From NCBI GenBank assembly GCA_963748505.1, contig CAVVJH010000016.1:78292-142291 (forward strand): a stretch of 64,000 nucleotides of DNA, given 5' to 3'. Made by a program: the position numbers and the translations under genes. The DNA is from Candidatus Dormiibacterota bacterium (GTDB taxonomy: Bacteria > Chloroflexota > Dormibacteria > Aeolococcales > Aeolococcaceae). The notes below the pieces were generated by a model that worked only from the letters and a program-made list of their open reading frames with translations, was not told the DNA's origin and did no database searches. Positions 19,229 to 29,931 of the stretch are shown piece after piece (position 1 is the first letter of the stretch; each line of letters begins with the position of its first letter).

Positions 19229-22200
19229 CTACTGGAACCAGCCCTCGATATCGATGACCGCGTTGATGGTCCCGGCCGCGTTGAAGAGGTCCACGTCGAC
19301 CGGCATTCCCGCTCGGCGCGAGCTGCACGACCACGAGGTTGGGCAGCACCTGTCCCGGAATCACGTTGACGTCCGAGGCGTTCGGATGCTTGGCGAGGTT
19401 GGCAGGGTAGAGGGCGAGGAAGGTCGGGGCTGTGGGCGCGATGGCCGTGAGGTTGGCGATGACCGCGACCGCGGTACCGGCACCGCCGGCCGCGGGAATG
19501 CCCGCCAGGCCGGCCACCACCACCAGATCAACGCCTCCGGTTCCGAGCGCATGACCCGCGCAGGGCAGCCCCGAGCCAGTCCGGGTGTCGCAGATTCGCG
19601 TGGGGGCGATGCCCTGGTACTGCGACCCGGGAGCCGCTGCGCCGCGCCCGAACCACCCACCAGCGTCGAGGAGGACGTTGATGGCGCCCGCCGCGTTGTA
19701 GACGCAGAGCGACGTCAGCGGGCCTCCCGTGGTCGCCGGACCGAGCGCGACCATCACCCGGTTCGCCTCCACGGCACCGGCGGCAAGGTTGAGCGTTGAG
19801 AAGGGCGGCGCGTGGGTCCCCGTGTAGGTGCACTGGCCGCTCGCGTTGGTGGGGAACAGGCTCAGATAGGTCGGGGCGGTGCCCGCGACACCGGTCAGGT
19901 TGACGACGACCGCTTCGGCGGTCCCATCACTCGGGAACCGCGCCGGCACCGGTACCGGAGACGTTGACCACCATGGCTCCCCCGGCGCCCAATGCCCCGT
20001 GCGCGCTGCACGCCGGGGTTGGCGACTCTGGCCGCGTGTCGCAGACGCGCACCGGCGCGATGGGATGGAATTCGCCGACGATGTCGCTCGACGCCTGCGG
20101 CGCGAAATATCCTTCGACGTCGGCGATGACGTTCGACCGTCCCCGCGGCGTTGTAGATATTGACCGCACCCCCCTGCCCATGGTCACGGTCACCAGGTTG
20201 GGAATGACCTTCCCCGGCGGGAAGTTGAGGTTGGAGGCATTCGGCCTTGGCGTCCCGAACGGATAGACCGTGAGCAGGCTGCCCGCAGTGCCGGCGACCT
20301 CGGTCACGTTCAGGACCACCGCGGTCGCCGTGGTCGGGATCGGATCCGGCCCGCCCGCGAGTCCGGTGACCCCGGTGAGCTGCAACTTCCGGATGGTGCC
20401 CGCCGACAGCGGGTGCCCGGTGCACTGCATGCAGGTGCTGCCCGCCCGCGTGTCGAGAATTCGGAATGGACTGAGCGGCGCGTAGTTCGCGAGCCCGACG
20501 TAGAGGTATCCCGAACCGACGGTCACCGGGCTGCGTGCCGATCCCGTCGGTCACCTGCGCCTGGACCAGGCCGGACGTCGATGACGACGGGGTCGTGAAG
20601 GTGAACGAGTTCGGGAGTCAGCGATCCGCCAGTGATGGGCGCTAGCGGGCCCCCGCGAACGTCAGCCGTCGAGCCGACCGCGAAGTCAGAGCCGGAAACG
20701 GTCACCAGCGTCCCACCCGTCGCCGGGCCTTCCGCGGGCGTCAGCGACGTATCGATGGTCCGGCAAAGGTGTATCGACCCACGAACGTGTTCCAGCAGGT
20801 GTTTGCATTTGCGCAACCGGGCCGGTGTTGCCGTCCGTGTCCTCGAAGACCACCCAGACGTCGGTGGGATGCAGTGCATCCTGCACCGCTGTCGAGTAGT
20901 CGCCCCACGGCAGGCGTGCAGCGGCGGGGCTGTAGAAGGTCGAGCTGACGTCCACCGTGATGAAAGCTGCCCCAGACATTACCGGCAGTGATTGGCGCGA
21001 CCATGATCGATTCGAAGGCAGTGCTCGAGAACTCGTCAAAGGTGAGGATCGCGTTGCCCGAGCTGTCCAAGGCGAGTGACGGATAGAAGAGGTACGCGCC
21101 GTTGACGCCTTCGGCCGGCGAGCTGCGTGATGCCGGTCACGGCCCGCCGTGCTCGCCGCAACGTCAATGACGTTGAGGCAGGAACGGGCGTGGCTGTCGC
21201 CACTCGGCGTGCAGCTCGTGTCGCCGGCGATCCAGAGCGCATTGCTGTGCCATACGGTGCTGAGGAATCGATCGTCGCCGGTCGTTGAGCTTGGCAGCCG
21301 TGCCCTGCTGCGACGCGTCAGGTGGCGACGCTCGTCGCCGTTGTGGTTTCCGGGGTGCAGGTATGCGAGACGTTCTCTGGCGTCGGGTGTCCCCGTGATG
21401 GCGAAGACCGCAATGCTGCCCGACATGGTTGCCGAACACGTGGCGTTGTTCGCGACTTCGTACTCGACGGTCGACGCCCCCGGCGCCATTGCGGGCTGCA
21501 GTCCCAGCGGACCTGGAACCAGGAAGGCGCTGCTGTTCGCTGTCAGGGTTCCATTGGTGAGGTCCGCGCGCTGAATGATCACCGTCTGGCTCGCGACGAA
21601 GGCTCCCGCCGTGCCACTGACACAGGTCTGATAGTCGCTCGACTCGACGATGACATTTGCTGTCAGGCCGAGCGCGACCGTGCCGAGCTCCACTCCCCCA
21701 CCGAGCTCGGAGTTGATGTTCACCGTGCCCCGCGATGTCCATGCGAGCGCAGGGTTGGACTGCGAGACCATGACCGCAACCTGAGTCCCGCATGACGACG
21801 CGTTGTACTGCAGCACCATCAGGATGAACAGCCCCGAGACGGGGTCGAACACGACATGCGGATTGCGCACGTTCCACCCTGACGGATTCCTGATCATCGT
21901 GTTGATGTTCATTGCGGCGAGCGGCGTCCCAGCGCGGTTGTAGATCTCCAGCGCGCTGTTGACCGCTTCCACGACATTGTTCGCGCCGGCCGCGATGCTC
22001 GGATCCGCTGGCGTCGTCACCGCGGCATTTCCGGAACCGGCAGCCGCGATTGCCGCCTGTTCACTCATCCCGTTGAAGCTTTCGAGCTGCAAGGGGGCAG
22101 GCGGCGTCAACGGCGTCGCATCGAGCGCTGCGTGCTGCGATGCCGGCATCAACGGGCGCGCGGCAGCAATCGATGATGCAGATGTCAGCAGTGACAGCGC

Positions 22201-22275
22201 CAGTGCGAATGCTGCGGCGAATGTGAGGGAACGACGCACGTGCACCAGTCTAGAAGCGAATCGAGCCAGTGACAC
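19229..22275 (-). pseudogene. Paralog A of the secreted propeller-head protein with IPT/TIG and three PxRxCDTR...GWF repeats; at least 7 frame breaks as sequenced
   Basis: Signal peptide LTFAAAFALALSLLTSASS. The head aligns with 62342..63982 (DRFLSTVWHSNALWIAGDTSCTP vs DDRFLNAVWENGKIWTADGTSCQP; PWGDYST vs RWGDYSG). IPT is GPATGGTLVTVSGSDF. Repeats are FRILDTR, VRVCDTR and TRICDTR. The restored end is LFNAAGTINAVIDIEGWFQ-stop at 19229. Confidence 0.7.
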
Positions 22276-22436
22276 GCCGCTGTGACGGCAGTCACCGGTT
22301 CGTCACATCCATCCGTGCTGAGCAATGGCGCTGCAGGATGGTGAACGCCACATGACTGTCCGGGCGTAGGGCGCCGACGATGGCGTATAAATGATCGCAC
22401 CGGACTGCCGGCACGATCCCCCTCAGGAGAATCCCG

Positions 22437-23871
22437 ATGACCGACCTAAGTGGCCCAAAACCGGTTGCGCTCGCCGACGATGAGGACGACGACAGCGACG
22501 AGGAAGAGGACGAGGACGAGTAGCTCCCTCGGCGCGGCGGAGCGCTTCCGCCAGGTCAATCTCATCGCCGATCCACTCTATGGCTACATAGAGATCACCA
22601 AGGATCGGCCCGGTGAGGCGAGCGAGCGCCAGCTTCTCGACACCGTCTGGTTGCAGCGTCTCCGGCGCGTGCACCAGTTGCAGTCAGCGTGGTGGGTATT
22701 TCCCAGCGCCGAACACTCACGATTCACGCACCTCCTCGGCGCGATGCATCTCGCGAGCCTGTTCGCGCGGCGAGTCGATGCGTCCCTCCGCGTCGCATTT
22801 CCTGACGCGCCGTCGCCGGCTCTCGTCGAGGAAACCTTGCGCATCGCGGGGCTCCTGCACGACGTCGGCCACGGACCCTTCGGTCACTTCTTCGACCATG
22901 AGGTGCTCGCGCAGTGGAACCTCGACCATGAGGTGATCGGTCGCCACCTGGTGAACCACCAGCTCGCCGACATCATCTCCTCGCTTCGGGCCAGTCCGAC
23001 CGGACGTTTTGAACCCGGTGAGCAGATCGATCCGCTCTGGGTCGCGTGGGTGATGGCGGACGCGCCCATCGACGGCTACACACCGCCGTCATGGCTGCGT
23101 GCGCTGAAGCCGATTCTCTGCGGCCCGGCCACCGTCGACAACCTCGACTACGTTCCTCGCGACGCCTACATGTGCGGCATCAGCCTCGGCGCCGTCGAGG
23201 TGCAGCGGCTCATCCATTACACATTTGTCAGCGGGGACAGCATCGTGCTGCACGCGCATGCAACCGGAGCGCTGGAAATGTTCCTCGCATCACGGTTGTA
23301 CATGTACCTGCAGGTGTATCACCACCGCACCGGGCGCAGATTCGATCTCTCGATGCGCGAGATTTTCGCCGATACCATTGCGCAACTCCTCCACGGCAAT
23401 CCGCTCGAGCATCTCGATGAATACGAGTTGCTCAACGATTGGTCGGTGCTGGTCGCGGTGCAGCGGTGGCAGACGGAGGCGCCCGGTTCGGAGCGGCGCA
23501 GGCTTGCCGACGCATGGGCGCGCATCGCGTCTCGCGATCTTCCCTGGCACCTCGCCTACGAAAGCGTGGTGCACAAGGGCGTGGACACCTCGACGCTGCA
23601 GCACCAGGTGGACGCGCAGCTGGCGTCGAAGACACTGGGTGCGCGCGTGGAGGTCGATGTGGCCATCGCTCGCATCGCGCCCCAGAACCCCATGACCGAC
23701 GACGGCATGGTGCGTATCTACGATCCGCTCAACGACACCATCGAAGCAGCGCGTGCCGCCGAGCTGGTATCACGCCTGCCCCAGCACAACCAGGTGATTC
23801 GTGTCTTCACCGATGACGCATCGGCGGTCCCGATCGTGCGCGGGGCCGTCAAGGCCGTCCTCGACAGTTGA
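22437..23871 (+). CDS. HD-domain phosphohydrolase (dGTPase/SAMHD1-like dNTP triphosphohydrolase family), N-terminus probably frame-broken at ~22521
   Basis: HSRFTHLLGAMHLA...GLLHDVGHGPFGHFFD. A strong SD (CAGGAGA, 6 nt spacer) precedes ATG 22437, which opens a 28-codon acidic ORF in another frame. Deleting T 22521 fuses it to SSLGAAERFRQVNLIADPLYGY. Composite length is 3n+1. Confidence 0.75.
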
Positions 23872-23884
23872 TCCGCGGGGGAGC

Positions 23885-24995
23885 TCAGTGCGCGACGGGC
23901 AGCCGCGGACCCGACGGCATCACCGGGCCGGCCGTCGAGTTGAAGTTCTCCTGACTCACCTGCGCCGCAATGTGCGATGCAACATCGTGAAACACCTGAC
24001 CGAGCGGCCCTGACGGAGCTGCGGCCATGATCGGACGCCCGTCGCCGTCGGCGCCGCGGATCCGCGGATCCAGCGGCACCGCACCGAGGAAGGGCAATTC
24101 GTAGCGCGCAGCCAGGTCGCGACCGCCGCCCGAACCGAAGATGTCGGTGCGCTCGTCGCAATGCGGGCAGATGAAGCCGCTCATGTTCTCGATGACACCA
24201 AGCACCGGGACGTTCAGCTTGCGGAACATCTCGATGCCGCGCGCAACGTCGGCGAGCGAGACGTCCTGCGGGGTGGTGCAGATGACGGCACCGGTCATCG
24301 GCATGCTCTGCGCGAGGCTCAACTGCACATCGCCGGTTCCAGGGGGAAGGTCGATGACCAGGTAGTCGAGCTCGCCCCAGGACACCTCATACAGAAATTC
24401 ACGCAGCGCCTTGGCGAGCATGGGGCCGCGCCAGATGACCGGCTGCCCCGGGTCGAGAATCGTGCCGAACGACACCACCTTGAGCCCATGTGCCTCGAGC
24501 GGCGCCATCTTGCCATCAGGCCCCGCGTGAGGACGCTCGCGAATCCCCAGCATGATCGGAACGTTCGGGCCGTAGACGTCGGCGTCGAGGAGCCCGACGC
24601 GAGCGCCGGCGAGCCGGAGCGCGATGGCCACGTTGACGGCGACCGTGGTCTTGCCCACACCACCCTTGCCCGCACTGATCGCGATCGCGTTGCGCACGCC
24701 GACGATCTCCTGCCGGCCCGGCAGTCCGCGTGTCGTGCTCACATCCGCGTCCCAGCGGATCTCGCACCCGGGTGATGGCAGGCACGACGCCGATCACGGC
24801 TGCCTCGATGTCATCGCGGATCCGATCCTTCAGCGGGCAGGCCGGCGTCGTGAGCACCACGCGGATCGACGCGACGCCGCCCTCGATCGCCAGATCGCGC
24901 AGCATCCCCAGCTGCATCATCGGTTTGTGCAGCTCGGGGTCGATGACGGTGGCGAGCGCGCGCTCGAGGGCGTCAAGCGTCGCTGGATCACTCAT
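23885..24995 (-). CDS. mrp: Mrp/ApbC-type Fe-S cluster carrier ATPase with N-terminal DUF59 domain; frame break near 24755
   Basis: DUF59 region MSDPATLDALERALATVIDPELHKPMMQLGML (in the frame of ORF 24516..25883), then AISAGKGGVGKTTVAVNVA and CPHC. Composite length is 3n+1. Confidence 0.85.
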
Positions 24996-25097
24996 CTTCG
25001 ATCGAGTATACCCAGGGGTCACGAGCCGAAGCGCCGCCGCTCTCGGGCGACCGCTGGCGTGCACCGGAATTGATGCGCTCTCTACAATTCGGCGGGC

Positions 25098-26521
25098 ATG
25101 CTCGATCGCCGCGTGATTCGCGATCTCGAGGGACAGGTCTCGTCCGCACACGTGTACACCCGCACAGCGGACCTCGCCGCGTACGCATACGACGCCTGGG
25201 GCGCGTCCGGCGAGCGCCACCTCCCTGAGGCCGTGGTCTTCCCGGCATCGACGGAGGAGGTCGCGGGCGTGGTGAGCGTGTGCGCGGTGCACCGGGTGCC
25301 GATCGTGCCTCGGGGTGCCGGCACCGGCTACGCGGCGGGCGCATCGCCGTCGCAGGGCGGTGTGGTCCTCAGCCTGGCCCGTCTCAACCGCGTCCTCGGC
25401 ATCGAATCCGAAGCCATGCGCCTCCACGCGCAGGCTGGAGCCATCACCGCGGTGATCCACGGCCAGGCCGGGGCGGTGGGGCTGTACTACCCGCCGGACC
25501 CGGGCTCGTCGGCAACCTGCACGATCGGGGGCAACGTCGCCTGCAATGCGGCAGGTCCGCACACGCTTCGCTACGGGGTCACCGCCGACTTCGTCGCCGG
25601 GGTCACCGCCGTCCTTGCGGACGGACGCATCATCCGCCTCGGTGAAGGCGGGGATGCATCGGCGGCAGGCTTGCTCTCGCTGCTGGTCGGCTCCGAAGGG
25701 ACCTTGGGGGTCATCACCGAGGTCCTCCTTCGCCTCATCCCCGCGCCCAGGTCGCGCTCGACGCTCGCCGCAACCTTCACCGACATGAACCGTGCAGCGG
25801 CGGCCGTCGCGGAGATCAGCAGCGCGGGCATCGTCCCGGCGGCGCTGGAGTTCCTCGACGCCGGCGCGCTGGCGGCGGTGCACGCGGCGAGCGGCGGCGA
25901 TATCGGCGGCGATGCGGCGGCGCTGCTCATCGTGGAACTCGAAGGTGATCCCGCCGATGTGGGCACGGACGCCGAGTCCGTCTTCGCGGCCATCACCAAG
26001 GCGGGCGCCTCAGAGGTCCAGCGAGCGACCGAACCTGCGCAGGCGCAGCGCCTCTGGGCCGCCCGCAAATCGGTGAGCGCGGCGGTGGCGAAGGTCCAGA
26101 TCGGGAAGGTCAACGAGGATGTCGTGGTTCCCCGGGACCGCGTCGCCGAGCTGGTCGAGCGCACGGTTGCGCTGGGACCAGGCACGCCTTGCCGGTCGTC
26201 AACTTCGGCCACCTCGGGGACGGCAACGTCCACGCCACCTTCCTCATCGATCCCCGGATCGAGGGGGAGCGGGCTCGTGCCGAGGCCGCCTCGAGCGACC
26301 TCTTCGAGACCGTGCTCGGCATGGGCGGCTCACTCTCCGGCGAGCATGGGGTGGGGACCGCCAAGCTCCGCTTCGTCGAGCGTCAGCTCGGACCGGGGAC
26401 CGTGGAGCTGATGCGGCGCATCAAGAACGCACTCGATCCGCGAGAGGTGTTGAACCCCGGCAAGAAGATCCCGGCGCGTCAGTCCTCGGTGTCGAGCACC
26501 GCCAGCAACGAGGCGGCGTAG
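25098..26521 (+). CDS. FAD-linked oxidase (GlcD/lactate dehydrogenase-like); frame break near 26170
   Basis: PASTEEVAGVVSVCAVHRVPIVPRGAGTGYAGG... The C-terminal part LPVVNFGHLGDGNVHATF...GGSLSGEHGVGTAK lies in ORF 26189..26521. Composite length is 3n-1. Confidence 0.8.
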
Positions 26522-26825
26522 TCCGTCTCATCGATGCGCCGCGCGAGTTCGCGCCCATCGTCGACCGGAGCTCCATCGACGCGTCGTACACGAAGCTGTA
26601 GACATTGGTGAGCGTCCAGTCGCCAAACCCGAGTGAGGCGAGCGCGTCGGGAAGGCGTGGTTCGGTGACGTCCGCGTCGTAGGTTTCCGTCGCGGCCTTG
26701 TAGAGCGAGGTGAGGTTGCGGTACTCCGTCTCGTATTCCTCGATCAGCGCCGAGTTCGCCTCCTCCTCGCGCAGCCGGGCGAGTGTCCGGCGCAACGACT
26801 GGATCTCCAACTGATACTCGTCCAC
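26479..26825 (-). CDS. Small acidic coiled-coil hypothetical protein; frame break near 26560
   Basis: MDEYQLEIQSLRRTLARLREEE... After a 1-nt correction the tail reads VDDGRELARRIDETDYAASLLAVLDTED-stop instead of an Arg-rich run. Confidence 0.45.
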
Positions 26826-26829
26826 CCTC

Positions 26830-27177
26830 TCACGAGTTTAGAGGACGGGTCGAGCCGTGCAACCCCCGCCTACTTCCTCGGGCGCGGGATCTCGTTGGGT
26901 ACAGGCGCGCGAAACGGCGCCGTTCCCTGGTGAAAAACGCCGCGACGGCGCCAGCCATGATGAGCACACCGACCAGGATGCCGAGGCCGAACCATCCACC
27001 CGGGATGTTCTTGAAAGGCCCACTGCCGTCGCCGTCGGTGCTTTGCGATGTGGTGACCACGCAGACCGAGTCCGTCAGGTATTTCTCGTACACGCCGTTG
27101 ATGAAATCGGTGCGGTACTCGCTGCTGTCGACGATCGACTCGACCACCGCACCCTGCCAGATCGCATCGTGTGGCAA
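26830..27177 (-). CDS. C-terminally membrane-anchored hypothetical protein
   Basis: Soluble N-domain, then GGWFGLGILVGVLIMAGAVAAFF followed by a basic tail RERRRF. Confidence 0.5.
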   Translation of the reverse strand: MPHDAIWQGAVVESIVDSSEYRTDFINGVYEKYLTDSVCVVTTSQSTDGDGSGPFKNIPGGWFGLGILVGVLIMAGAVAAFFTRERRRFARLYPTRSRARGSRRGLHGSTRPLNS

Positions 27178-27202
27178 CGGCAGGTGCAGGTATCCCGAGA
27201 CT

Positions 27203-29073
27203 TCAGACGGCGTCCCGGCGCGCGCGAGCAGTGTCGGAACGGTGTGGACGGCAAAGCGCGAGTTTGTCCCGCCCTGGTCGACGTAGAACTCCGGGGTCGC
27301 TGCGATCAGACTTCACGAGGATCTCGTCGGGTGTCTGGAGCGACTTCACGTCGCCGCCGAGAATGCCCTGACCGGTCGCCACCTCATCGGGGAGCGGAGC
27401 CCTGAGCAGCAGCTGCTGATAGTCGAGCGCAACCAGGAGGTCCTGGTACTCGACCGATGTCACCATCGCTTGCGCAAACGCCGTGTGTCCGACCGGGTCG
27501 TTGGTATACGTCGACTGCGCGGCAGCCACCTCCGCATCGGTCGGCGCACGGCCCAGGAGATCCTGGTAGACACCCTTGATGAGCCCCACCTGGGTGGCGC
27601 CGTGGTTGGTGTAGTACTGGTTGCTGCCGAGGACGCCCGCGATGATCTCCTCCTCGGAGGAGCCACTTGCGAAGTTCGTGAGTGCGGTCGACAGCTCGGT
27701 TGCTGACGGGACTGCGATGGTGCGCACGCACTCCTGCGCGGCCAGTGCCCTGCAGGTTTGGTGCAGGTAGTTGGCATAGAACGACGTGATCTCACCATCG
27801 CGGTAAGCCGCGCTGTTGATCACGCTCTGTGCAAGCGTGAGCCGCGCGGCCGCGCTGCCCGCGTCGACCTGTTTGATGAGGCCGGCGTCAGCGGCAAGGT
27901 CTGTCGACGCCGGCGCCGCGCTGAGCAGCTCCTCGTAGAGGGCGGTGACGAAACCGGTGCCCTTGCTGCCGTTGAGGGCGAAGTACGCAGGGGAGGCCGC
28001 AATCTCCTCCAGCATCGTGCTTCCCGAGACGCCGGGTCCCTGCGGGCCAGAGAGCCGGTTCACCCAGGCGGCGAGCTGGGTGCTGTCGGGATAGGTCTTG
28101 AGCAGCGCGTGATACGCCTGATCGACACGAATCGCGCGCGCCTCCGCACTGAGTACGACGTTTTGCACCAACTCGGCACGAACAGGGCTGCCGGTGCCCG
28201 AGAGCAACGCGAGGGAGGTGGCGACCTCCACCGGGGTGGGATCGTGGCGGACGACATCATCGTAGAGCCGGGTCACGAAGCCGAGGTCGTTGCCGCCGGC
28301 ATCCGCGTAGTAGGCGTCGGACGCCAGCAGCTGGATCTGAATGGTGGTGGCGTCGGCACCGGGACTGCTGAGCAGCGCCGCAGCGGTCGCAAGCTGGCTG
28401 GCGGATCGGGCTCTGTCCAATGCCTCCTGAGCAGGCGGCGCCGCCCTGAGGCGCACCTCCGCCCGATCCGCCGCCGCCACCACCACCGACAAACGGCGGG
28501 GGCGTGGGAAGGGGCGTCGGTGTCGGCGTCGGCTTGGGGGTCGGTCTCGGTGTGGGCGTGATCCCCGCGGTCGGTATGGGCGTGGGGGTCGGCGTCGGCT
28601 TCGGCGTGGGCGTCGGTGTGGGCCTGGGGGTCGGCGTCGGAGTCGGCGTCGGGGTCGGGGTCACGGTGAATGAGCCGGTCGCCTGGCTGCTCGCGACTGC
28701 GGCGCCCTGGGTCTCGTCGAAGAGGCCGGCGGTCGGGTTGTGCGGCCCAGTCGGCGCATTGCTCGGCACCAGGCCCGAGACCTGGCCGGAGCAGCTGGTT
28801 CCGACCGTGGTCGTGGTCTGCCCGATCTGGGCGAACGGCACATCCCAGTCGAGCATGATCTGGATCGTGTCGCCGACGGCCGCGCCACCGGCCTCGCAAT
28901 CGCTGAGATCAAAGCTGTAGTCGAATGTCGCAGTCGTCCCAGGCGGGCCGGACGATGCACCGACGTTGGTCAAGGTCGCGCTGGTAAATGCAGCAGCGGG
29001 TCTGGCCGGCACGATTGGCACCGTGATTGCGCAAACAAGCGCAAGGATCACAAGTCCTGCCGCTCTTCGCATG
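27203..29073 (-). CDS. Secreted protein: signal peptide, Ig-like domain, Pro/Thr linker, then four DUF4214-like repeats; frame break in the Gly/Pro run near 28480
   Basis: [28 protein letters not shown] (ATG 29073) and (TP)n come from ORF 28257..29888. DUF4214-type repeats [42 protein letters not shown] and [11 protein letters not shown] come from ORF 27203..28492. Confidence 0.6.
28500..28668 (-). repeat. Coding low-complexity tandem repeat (6-12 nt period) specifying the TPTPTP..PKPTPTP linker
   Basis: The plus strand reads GGCGTCGGTGTCGGCGTCGGC... repeatedly. Confidence 0.8.
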
Positions 29074-29128
29074 GTGCCCACTCTAGTTCCGCATTCCACA
29101 TTCCCTCGCCAGACGCGACAGGATCGAA

Positions 29129-29888
29129 TCAGCCCGTCCGCAAGTTCACAAAGCCGCCCACCAGGTGGCCGACACCAAACGCGACCGCGGCCGCGACGGC
29201 AGCAAAGGCGAGCTGGCGCAGTGCGGCGTGGATCCGCGAGCGACCGGTGAAGATCGCGACCGTCCAGCCCACGGCCAGCACCGAGATCGGCTCCCAGGAC
29301 GATGGAAAGCACTGCGGCGGTGGTGCCTCGGGTGACAAAACCAGGGCAGGAGCGGGATGACCGCGCCGATACCGAACATGACGAACGACGATCCGGCCGC
29401 CTGCCACGGGTTGCCGGTATTCCCGGGCGGAGCCCGAACTCCTCGCGGGCGTGCACCTCGAGCGCGATCACCGGATCGCGCATGATGGCCTCGGCAATGC
29501 GCCGAGCGTCTGCCTCGTCAACCCCCCGAAGGCGGTACATCGCAGCAAGCTCCTTGGTCTCCGCCTCGGGATGGCGCTCCAGCTCGGCGCGCTCGACTTC
29601 GAGCTCGCGCTGCAGGAGCTCGGACTGCGCCGACATCGAGACGTACTCACCGGCGGCCATCGAGAAAGCACCGGCGACCAATCCGGCGAGGCCGGCGAGC
29701 AGCACCACCGTGGGCGGCGGGTTGGCGGCGGCGACCCCGAGGATCAGCGAGATGTTGGTGAGCAGGCCGTCGCTGATCCCGAAAACCGCCGCGCGCGCGG
29801 CGCCGCCCTGGAGGTCCCTATGGTGTGATCGCGCGGTATGCGCGTGGTGCTCGCCGCTCTGGTCGGTCGGCACAGCCGTCTGAGCCAT
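29129..29888 (-). CDS. VIT1/CCC1-family iron/manganese transporter; at least 3 frame breaks within 29290-29420
   Basis: [17 protein letters not shown]...[14 protein letters not shown] (frame a), [14 protein letters not shown] (frame c), [15 protein letters not shown] (frame a), [17 protein letters not shown]...GGFVNLRTG-stop (frame b). Confidence 0.75.
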
Positions 29889-29931
29889 ATCGAACAGTAT
29901 GCCGAGCGCGGTCAGATGGCGGCCGGCCGGA

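Noticed and set aside
14563-23871. dCMP-deaminase-family and HD dNTPase-like genes as a nucleotide-depletion antiphage system
   Set aside because: The two genes are 8 kb apart, sit in housekeeping contexts, and show no defence-island neighbours. There is no evidence beyond family membership.
26830-27177. A sortase/exosortase-type C-terminal sorting signal (motif, TM helix, basic tail) in the tail-anchored protein, and a link between its GGWFG and the GWFG/GWFQ repeat ends
   Set aside because: About 25 further residues follow the basic cluster. No sortase, exosortase or rhombosortase gene is in the window. A four-residue match is within chance.
28500-28668. Short-period tandem repeat that at first looks like a CRISPR or VNTR array
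   Set aside because: The period is only 6-12 nt with no spacers. It lies inside an ORF and simply encodes a Thr/Pro linker. No cas genes are present.
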